Positions 16,589 to 22,602 of a DNA stretch of 22,602 bases are shown here, piece by piece. How positions within the stretch are numbered: position 1 is the first letter of the stretch; every line of letters begins with the position of its first letter. The notes beneath the pieces are model-generated. The model saw only the letters and a program-made list of their open reading frames with translations, made no database searches and had not been told where the DNA came from. Source of the stretch: Candidatus Hydrogenedentota bacterium (GTDB lineage: Bacteria > Hydrogenedentota > Hydrogenedentia > Hydrogenedentales > SLHB01); contig BTWA01000061.1 in the NCBI GenBank assembly GCA_045863295.1, positions 1 through 22,602 of the forward strand. Reading direction: 5' to 3'. Made by a program: the position numbers and the translations under genes.

Positions 16589-18537
16589 TGGGCAAACCCC
16601 TCGAAAGAGAGTTCTTCCCACCCGGTCGTAATCGTCGTGGTCATCGCCGTAAAATCGAATTCCTTTGTCGTGATCAGCGTGCCCACGTTCACGGAATGCC
16701 ACACGCCAATAGCGCCGCGCAACAACATGCCCGGCTCGTATTCGGGCGTAATGTATTTGAATTGGATCGATGCGGTGGCGCGGGCCTGTGAGTAGAATTG
16801 AGCGGCCAGTAGCGCGACCTTAATCAACTGCTGCCTGTCATCGCGGCTCTGCTGGTATTCGCTGGGGGAAAGAACAAGTCCTGCAACATCAACATCGAGT
16901 ACGGTATTAGGTAGCACGATCCACATTTCTGCGTCGGGTAAATTGATAATCTTTTCCCGTTGCCATGTTCCGTCCGGCGCATAGCGCAGCCGCAGGAATA
17001 CTTGCAGGTGCCGATCCGATTCGATCATGGCTGTAACCCGCAACGTCGCGTAGTCTACAGATGGCTCAGTGTTCGTCGGATACTCGGACTCGTATTGGTT
17101 CAACCCGATCACGTGGTTTGGATTCCCGCGAACGAACACCGCCAATTCGTTTTCCGCCGGAATGACGTGGCAGGAATTGAACCCCTCTCCAATATCACCA
17201 AGTCGATGCACAGGCATAAACCCAAGCGTCGGTACGTCGATCACGGCAAACATGCGCCGGAAGTCAGGGGCAACGTCGGTGTCTGCAGCGTCTTCGAGGA
17301 TCGGGATATGCCGCGAGAATCGCTTGTCTTTTCGGTAAAGCGGTGCCCGTAAATCTTCGCGAAAGTTTCCAAGATCATCGACTGCAGGGAGTGCGTTGTA
17401 TCCGCCGAGCGTGCCGTCCCAATCGTCGGGTACGCGGAATCGCGAAAAGACATGAGACAAAGCCTCTGATTGCCTGGCGCGGTCGTTTACGGCAGGGTCC
17501 GCCGAGTGTGCCCCGTCCTCATAAGCGATCCCCTCGGCAAGTGTCCATGCAGGGTCAAGCGTGCGCGGGTTATCAGATACCGACCACGTGCCGCAAATGC
17601 TGATGGGCCCACCCATAACCCGCACCTGGTCGTATTGCTCAATGGCCGAGTGATTGAACGACGGGTCCACGTCAAGCCGCCCGTCTGCGTAGAGCACAAT
17701 CTGATCGGGATTCGCCGGAATCGTTGTGCCCCCAAACGAAACAGAGTTAGCCAAATCGGAATAGACGTAGATGTAAAGCGGCGCGTTGTCTTGGAACGGG
17801 ACCACGAGCTTCCAACCCAGCCCATTGCGCCGATTGATCAGGCGATCCAAGGCTTGTTTGACGCTCATTCCGCGCAGGTTGTGTTCTTCAAAGATCGTAT
17901 CAAGCGCGTCGGTTGCCCCCACTATTTCAATGGTCAGATCCGACGGCAGAAAACGCGCCACGAGATACGTTGCAATGTCGAGATTGCTCCACAGATCCCC
18001 GGTGTCTTCAAACCACGGAATGCCGTCGCCGTCCTCTCCGTAGTTGCCATGACCGAGCAACCCGAATGCGTCTTGCCCATTGAATTTGATCGGCCTGTCA
18101 ACAACACCCGCCGATGTATGTGATGTGCTTATGTGCGCACGGTCGAATAAGTGCTCGACGCCAAACGCTGTGAATTGCTGACGGCCAGACAGGTACGTGC
18201 TCTGACCGTGAATGTTACATTGTTCCAATTGCACGACACCGGACCAGACTTGCCATGTGTGGAATGCGTCGTGCGCCACGACGGCGACATAGGCATCCTG
18301 GACAATCAGCGGCAGGTAGATATCGCGATAGTTCCGATCTTCGCGCTTGATGTCGCCATAGTCGAATTTAAGAATGGCCTCGGGCACGGCCGGCGAAACG
18401 GATTGACGCGCCTTTTCGCAATAGGCGTACGGTACCCACTGGTACAGATCGGACCAGCGCCGCTTGAACCACACGGATTGCTGTGTCGCGGGCCGAAGCG
18501 TGCCGGGTGCCTGCCCATATATAGCGACGGAAGACAT
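16585..18537 (-). CDS. Putative phage tail hub/baseplate-type protein (650 aa)
   Basis: Long ORF after an AAGGA RBS. Segments VWSGVV, SVKQALDRLINRRNGLGWKL and EQYDQVRVMGG resemble tail-hub architecture. Function inferred from context. Confidence 0.6.
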   Translation of the reverse strand: MSSVAIYGQAPGTLRPATQQSVWFKRRWSDLYQWVPYAYCEKARQSVSPAVPEAILKFDYGDIKREDRNYRDIYLPLIVQDAYVAVVAHDAFHTWQVWSGVVQLEQCNIHGQSTYLSGRQQFTAFGVEHLFDRAHISTSHTSAGVVDRPIKFNGQDAFGLLGHGNYGEDGDGIPWFEDTGDLWSNLDIATYLVARFLPSDLTIEIVGATDALDTIFEEHNLRGMSVKQALDRLINRRNGLGWKLVVPFQDNAPLYIYVYSDLANSVSFGGTTIPANPDQIVLYADGRLDVDPSFNHSAIEQYDQVRVMGGPISICGTWSVSDNPRTLDPAWTLAEGIAYEDGAHSADPAVNDRARQSEALSHVFSRFRVPDDWDGTLGGYNALPAVDDLGNFREDLRAPLYRKDKRFSRHIPILEDAADTDVAPDFRRMFAVIDVPTLGFMPVHRLGDIGEGFNSCHVIPAENELAVFVRGNPNHVIGLNQYESEYPTNTEPSVDYATLRVTAMIESDRHLQVFLRLRYAPDGTWQREKIINLPDAEMWIVLPNTVLDVDVAGLVLSPSEYQQSRDDRQQLIKVALLAAQFYSQARATASIQFKYITPEYEPGMLLRGAIGVWHSVNVGTLITTKEFDFTAMTTTITTGWEELSFEGFAQ

Positions 18538-18557
18538 TTAAACGCTATTCCTTACAG

Positions 18558-18983
18558 TCATCGTCCAGTTTGCGCATCCGTCGATGCCTTGGCCTTCTCC
18601 GGGTCGACCTTCTTCATGGCTTTGTTCTGCGCTTTCTGCAGCGTCTTCATTTCGGCGTTCGTCGTGCGCAGGTTTGTCAACGCCTCGGAAATAGTCTGTC
18701 GCCACTTTTCTGCGCTGGCCTCGGCAGCGGCACGTTCTTCGGCCGTCCTTGCGGCCTCGGATGCCCTCTCCGCCTCTTTCAAGGCGAGACGACCCTCTTT
18801 GTACTGCAACGTGTATTGGACCGTTGCTTGGGCCAGCAGCGTCGTTTCGGACGCAATGTCTCCGATCTGATCGGTCTGCAAATCGATCCGGGTGATGTAA
18901 CCGCGTTCATCGCGCACAATCTGACAGCCGACACTCACTAGGCAGACGATGACGGTCAAAGCCGTCAAGAATTCGCGTTTCAT
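18558..18983 (-). CDS. Phage lipoprotein with coiled coil (spanin-like or lysogenic-conversion candidate)
   Basis: AGGAG RBS; MKREFLTALTVIVCLVSVG-C signal peptide II; Ala/Glu/Lys-rich helical C-terminal half. Confidence 0.75.
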   Translation of the reverse strand: MKREFLTALTVIVCLVSVGCQIVRDERGYITRIDLQTDQIGDIASETTLLAQATVQYTLQYKEGRLALKEAERASEAARTAEERAAAEASAEKWRQTISEALTNLRTTNAEMKTLQKAQNKAMKKVDPEKAKASTDAQTGR

Positions 18984-19055
18984 GATTCTTCTCCTGTTAA
19001 CGGTTTCTTTAATCCCTTCCGCAGGATTAAAATTTTCGGCCGGTTTCTTTAAAGT

Positions 19056-19089
19056 GCCGGACCGGTCAGACTGCTAGACCCGGTCCGGC
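19056..19089. terminator. GC-rich hairpin downstream of the Acb2/Tad1-like gene
   Basis: GCCGGACCGG (19056-19065) / CCGGTCCGGC (19080-19089), followed by ACTTTAAAG on the minus strand. Confidence 0.5.
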
Positions 19090-19134
19090 CTCCGATGCGA
19101 CGACAGGCCGCACCAGAAAATCGATCAAGTACAC

Positions 19135-19362
19135 CTACTCGTTTCTGGCGATTGCCGCGTTTGCCCACATGTTGGCTTGCTCCAAGTTGGTCAGAGCAAC
19201 CGACAACTCGCGAGACTCCGGGCAATTGGTGATGAGCAAATGAGCGAGCTTGCCAAACTCGTCACGAATTCGCGTATACCGTTCGGGTTGGCCGTCTTTT
19301 GGCGCGTGGTACTTGTATGCTTTCGAGTTCTGATCAAGTTGACGCTCGCTCGGTGTATACAT
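19135..19362 (-). CDS. Acb2/Tad1-hairpin-like small protein (75 aa), candidate immune-signal sponge
   Basis: AAAGGAG RBS and ATG at 19362; YKYHAPKDGQPERYTRIR...CPESRELSVALTNLEQANMWANAAIARNE resembles the recalled SRE..A.T.LE.A.MW hairpin motif. Confidence 0.75.
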   Translation of the reverse strand: MYTPSERQLDQNSKAYKYHAPKDGQPERYTRIRDEFGKLAHLLITNCPESRELSVALTNLEQANMWANAAIARNE

Positions 19363-19372
19363 GATTCTCCTT

Positions 19373-19642
19373 TCAGGCCGGAACGGCCTCGCTGTTTCGT
19401 ATCCAATAGTGCGATTTGCAAGGTATCTGGTAATTTCCAATGGACGGCATGAGCGTGACGCCATTGGCATCTTCTGTAAGCGTCCATCCGCCTTTGTCGA
19501 TCGGTGTCACCACTTGATGGCCACAACCGCATGCGCAAAGATGGATTGCCACCTCGTATTCCCGAGACACGTACAATGTCCCTACGGCTAATTGCTCTGG
19601 GACTACCTTGACGATCTCGACTTTTAGGCGGACTCTGTGCAT
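19373..19642 (-). CDS. DUF6527 family protein (Cys/His metal-binding)
   Basis: GTLYVS..Y.VAIHLCACGCGHQVVTP...W.L...VTLMPSIGNYQIPCKSHYWIR. AAGGA RBS before ATG 19642 (alternative starts up to 19666). Confidence 0.8.
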   Translation of the reverse strand: MHRVRLKVEIVKVVPEQLAVGTLYVSREYEVAIHLCACGCGHQVVTPIDKGGWTLTEDANGVTLMPSIGNYQIPCKSHYWIRNSEAVPA

Positions 19643-19688
19643 CAGCATTCCTTCGCTCGGCATCATTTCGTTGACGCCAACAAAATGA

Positions 19689-20024
19689 TCAGGCAGCGGG
19701 CTTCGGCGGTTCCGTGCTGGTAGTCACGGGAACGACGTCTGCCACTTCCACGGTCTTGGTCCGAGTCTTACCTGCGTCCAGTGCCGCATGAATGCCGCCC
19801 GTGATGACCGTCACGCCAAGCACGACGGCCGCGAGACTGTCTGCTACCTCCGCAAACGCCTTCGTGACAGCGGCGATCTCATCGGGTGTCATTTTGAGAA
19901 GCCCGAATGCGACCACGCCGGAAATGACCGCGCCAATGGACCCGCCCGCGCTGGCAGCCGCTTTCAGGCCCTTGTAGATGTTCTTCGCGATACTGTTTTT
20001 GATCGGCACTTCCACGGTTTGCAT
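19689..20024 (-). CDS. Putative holin (two hydrophobic segments); start uncertain
   Basis: GGAGG before ATG 20024; hydrophobic GGSIGAVISGVVAFGLL and LAAVVLGVTVITGGIHAAL; charged tail; near the endolysin. The frame stays open upstream to 20387. Confidence 0.6.
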   Translation of the reverse strand: MQTVEVPIKNSIAKNIYKGLKAAASAGGSIGAVISGVVAFGLLKMTPDEIAAVTKAFAEVADSLAAVVLGVTVITGGIHAALDAGKTRTKTVEVADVVPVTTSTEPPKPAA

Positions 20025-20107
20025 GATTCGCTTTGCCTCCTCATAGTCGCGCTGGACGGCGACCTTTGCTTTCCATCCATGACGGACCTTCGATATGAAG
20101 CCCGTCT

Positions 20108-20350
20108 TTATCTCTCTCCCTTGGCCAGCCCGATCAGGTCCAGCAGGAACCGCCACAGACTGAAGGGCATGTCCCTGTCCGTCCGATTCTGGTTTGCTTC
20201 CAGGAACGTATCGGACATTTCCTCCATTGGCTCCTGCGTCATTTCGACGTAGTTCACCGGCACCTTGCTGGACGGCTGGCCGAACGTCGTTTTCCATGGC
20301 GCGTTTTTCTTCCTGGCGCCGCCGCCGCGCTTCCCGGATTTCTTTGTCAC
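20108..20350 (-). CDS. Hypothetical phage protein (80 aa), basic N-terminus and amphipathic C-terminus
   Basis: GGAGG before GTG 20350. Third codon positions are GC-rich in this frame over ~20290-20108, unlike the overlapping frame. Confidence 0.55.
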   Translation of the reverse strand: MTKKSGKRGGGARKKNAPWKTTFGQPSSKVPVNYVEMTQEPMEEMSDTFLEANQNRTDRDMPFSLWRFLLDLIGLAKGER

Positions 20351-20373
20351 GGTAGTTCTTGCCTCCGCTCATG

Positions 20374-20580
20374 TCACGAGTCTCCACTGCCCTGGAATAA
20401 GCCCATCAAGAAAATGTCAACGTCTTTGGGCTTGGGCGGAATGTATTCGACGGCCTCCGATGTGAAATGGCCACAGTGAGCGCATTCCAACGTATCCGGG
20501 TCCGCTTCCTCGGGAAACACGGCCACTACACGATGCCCACAGGCGCGACATTCACATTTGGATGCAAACCATGCGCTCAT
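20374..20580 (-). CDS. Small zinc-ribbon protein (68 aa)
   Basis: CRAC...CAHC; ATGA overlap with the upstream gene. Confidence 0.7.
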   Translation of the reverse strand: MSAWFASKCECRACGHRVVAVFPEEADPDTLECAHCGHFTSEAVEYIPPKPKDVDIFLMGLFQGSGDS

Positions 20581-20723
20581 TTGCGTAGCTCCGAGAGTCT
20601 TACGCCCGTATTGCAGTTCGGGCACTTCACCGCTTCGCGCAGGGTCGAAACAGAAAACGTCTGACCGCAATCGCATTGCACGAGCACGGAGCGCGGGCCG
20701 TGGTGCGGGTCGATGATCTTCAT
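20577..20723 (-). CDS. Small zinc-ribbon protein (48 aa)
   Basis: CDC...CPNC; GGAGG RBS and ATGA overlap with the endolysin stop. Confidence 0.7.
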   Translation of the reverse strand: MKIIDPHHGPRSVLVQCDCGQTFSVSTLREAVKCPNCNTGVRLSELRK

Positions 20724-21292
20724 GCCGCCGCCTCCATTCGCGCATACAGCGCAAACCACCGCGCGCGGGCGAGCACGTCCTCGCTGTAATTCCCGTGCGC
20801 CGTGTAGTGGTCCGGGTTCTTTTTGGCGTTCAATGCCCGCTTGACGTTGCCTGGGCCGCAGTTGTAACCCGCAATCGCGCACCGCATGATGCGGGGAACA
20901 GAGAGAGACGGGAATTGCCGACGAAGGTATTTGAACGACGCGAGCAGAACCGATGCGCCGTACAGGATATTCGCCTCGGGGTCCTGCCAGTTGCCGTTGC
21001 GCGCAAACTCGTGAGCCGCGTAGTCGATTTGCATCAGACCACGCCCCCATCCCAAGCCATCGGCAGGCATGTCGCCTTTGCGTGCAACCCAGTCGCCCGT
21101 GCCGGCCGGGCCATTCGGTCGATACAAACGGGTACGGCAGACGCCCCAGTTCGATTCACGCGAGCCAATGGCAAAAAAGATACCTGGCGCAACCCGGGCC
21201 ACTTTCGCGCCCGCCAGAATGTACGGCATGTATTGGCGTGCAGCCTCAAAGTCGGCATTCATGGCTTTATGGTTTTTCGGATATTCCATCAC
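20720..21292 (-). CDS. Endolysin, goose-type lysozyme/SLT (GH23) fold
   Basis: AIGSRESNWG (catalytic Glu), GRGLMQID, AGYNCGPGNV, DHYTAHGNYSEDVLARARWF. Confidence 0.92.
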   Translation of the reverse strand: MMEYPKNHKAMNADFEAARQYMPYILAGAKVARVAPGIFFAIGSRESNWGVCRTRLYRPNGPAGTGDWVARKGDMPADGLGWGRGLMQIDYAAHEFARNGNWQDPEANILYGASVLLASFKYLRRQFPSLSVPRIMRCAIAGYNCGPGNVKRALNAKKNPDHYTAHGNYSEDVLARARWFALYARMEAAA

Positions 21293-21540
21293 GTATTGCC
21301 ATCCATCTTGTTCTCGATCCGCTGCAACGTCTGTTTCATGTACGTCTGGTCAGTCTGAATCCGTTCCAGCGTCCGGCCTATCCCATTGACCTCGCCCTGG
21401 ACCGCATCCACCCGGACGTCAATCTTCTCGATCTGGCCCGCCGTCGCATTGACGTAGAACGTACCTAGTAACCCCACCGCCGACAGGGCAATGGTCACTA
21501 AAACCCCAACCACTGCCGTGATGATCTTTGCCGTGCTCAT
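21289..21540 (-). CDS. Single-TM plus coiled-coil protein (holin/XhlA-like or inner-spanin candidate), 83 aa
   Basis: GGAGG RBS and ATG 21540; TM IITAVVGVLVTIALSAVGLLGTFYV; heptad tail LERIQ...LQRIENKMD; stop overlaps the endolysin start. Confidence 0.75.
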   Translation of the reverse strand: MSTAKIITAVVGVLVTIALSAVGLLGTFYVNATAGQIEKIDVRVDAVQGEVNGIGRTLERIQTDQTYMKQTLQRIENKMDGNT

Positions 21541-21574
21541 TACGGTTGCCTCCAAGGGTTCGCGATAAGGCCAA

Positions 21575-22602
21575 TCAAAACATAACTCCACCACCACCCG
21601 GGGTCACACTGGCTGCACACCCCACAGTGCCTGTGTATTCGATCTCAATTTTCGGCCTCCGGCTCGTCGTCACGTTCCCGTACCCCGCGATTTCCATCGT
21701 GCAATCCCCGGAGTCTTTTTCCATGAAGACGTTCCCACTACCCGAACCGGCTTTAATCAAACTGCTCCCCGACGAATCCAACGCAACCGTAAAAATCCCC
21801 GGGTCACAGGTATCGCTATAACTCCCGCCCCCATCGTAGATATACTCCATCAACGACGTACCGTCGTGAATATCCCAATCCAACACCGTCCCCTCGAGAG
21901 TGCTCACGCCAATCGCCAACGTATCCGTCGCAGTCCCCAGGCTCAACCCATTGATGGTCGTGCCAGTGCTCCCCTCATTCCACGACACATCCGCCACATG
22001 CGACGTCAGTATCCAATTGTCTTCCAAGCCGCTCGTAAACGTGCAATCCTCATCCAACGTCACATACAACGTCGCATTGCTGATCGACCCGTTAATCCCC
22101 GGCATATCCACCTTGAACACCACACGGTCAAACTCACCACTCCCCTGCGTATACGCCATCGAATCAAACGACTGCTGCGCCTCGGTAGGATCGATATAGA
22201 CTGGATAGGTAGCCTCCCTCAGCCATTCCGCATCGACAACCGCCGTATACGATTTGCCGTCCCATTCGTAACGCCCCTGCGTCCGTCGCTTCCGCGGTAC
22301 ACTCGAATCCACAACCAACACCGGCGAGAAATCAAACACCGGCCGGCGTGCATCATCGAACACCCGAAACTTCCCATCCCGCTCCTGCAGCGACAAATGC
22401 GCCGCAACCACATACCCATTCACAATCCGCAACTCGCGCGCATCCTTCGGCACTTCGAATCCCACTGGGAGAATCAAATCTTCCTTATGCCCACCCTCGA
22501 ACACCGTTCGATGCAACTCCACTCCACCAGGAAACAGACCGCGAATTACCACACACTCCGCCGATACCTGCTCCGCCTTCGCCTCCAACGGCGTCAAATC
22601 GG
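21575..22602 (-). CDS. C-terminal part of a phage tail/adhesin-like protein with DNRLRE(CBM96)-like beta domain (5' end outside the window)
   Basis: Frame is open to the window edge; AEWLREATYPVYIDPT, then DRVVFKVDMPGINGSISNATLYV, SWNEGS and RPKIEIEYT. Confidence 0.65.
   Translation of the reverse strand, partial: DLTPLEAKAEQVSAECVVIRGLFPGGVELHRTVFEGGHKEDLILPVGFEVPKDARELRIVNGYVVAAHLSLQERDGKFRVFDDARRPVFDFSPVLVVDSSVPRKRRTQGRYEWDGKSYTAVVDAEWLREATYPVYIDPTEAQQSFDSMAYTQGSGEFDRVVFKVDMPGINGSISNATLYVTLDEDCTFTSGLEDNWILTSHVADVSWNEGSTGTTINGLSLGTATDTLAIGVSTLEGTVLDWDIHDGTSLMEYIYDGGGSYSDTCDPGIFTVALDSSGSSLIKAGSGSGNVFMEKDSGDCTMEIAGYGNVTTSRRPKIEIEYTGTVGCAASVTPGGGGVMF

Larger units (their letters stand above)
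14892..22602 (-). mobile_element. End of a probable prophage integrated at the tRNA-Met 3' end (continues beyond the window)
   Basis: Abrupt switch to tightly coupled minus-strand genes (ATGA/TAATG overlaps), including an endolysin, holin-like and tail-like genes. Arm-type-like repeats lie next to the tRNA. No integrase is visible in the window. Confidence 0.82.

Noticed and set aside
15117..22602. Diversity-generating retroelement acting on tail genes
   Set aside because: I saw no reverse transcriptase and no TR/VR pair differing at adenines within the window.

Overview
Bacterial, GC-rich window in three parts. The C.NNLKQ / EGIERFFITDIN / GGNVL..DGH-type domains resemble, from recall, those of Candidatus Hydrogenedentota; this taxonomic hint is an inference. 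(1) 1-2980, accessory region: a probable IS3-family end, an N-terminally truncated Rhs toxin with a coupled membrane-anchored immunity candidate, and about 1.1 kb of non-coding DNA with several REP-like palindromes and a 161-bp tandem repeat. (2) 2980-14891, host genes: a Tat-exported sulfatase, a lipoprotein, a PIG-L deacetylase, a SIMPL protein and an FAD oxidoreductase. These are followed by a BlaI repressor with twin operators, a 1142-aa M56/BlaR1-type sensor whose outer part consists of secretion/pilus-type domains (STN-like, two DUF1559/H-X9-DG-like, SecD-head-like), a GspC-like/DUF1559-like fusion, and tRNA-Met(CAT). (3) 14892-22602: the end of a probable prophage at the tRNA 3' end, with phased TGGCGCA repeats, tail-like genes and a goose-type-lysozyme lysis cassette. 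An Acb2/Tad1-like gene and a DUF6527 gene sit inside it as a candidate anti-defence pair. The best leads for novelty are the BlaI/BlaR1-pilin-domain operon, whose three pilin-like domains all lack the family Cys/Cys/His residues, and the prophage DUF6527 + Acb2/Tad1 cassette. All family assignments come from recalled motifs; no searches were run.
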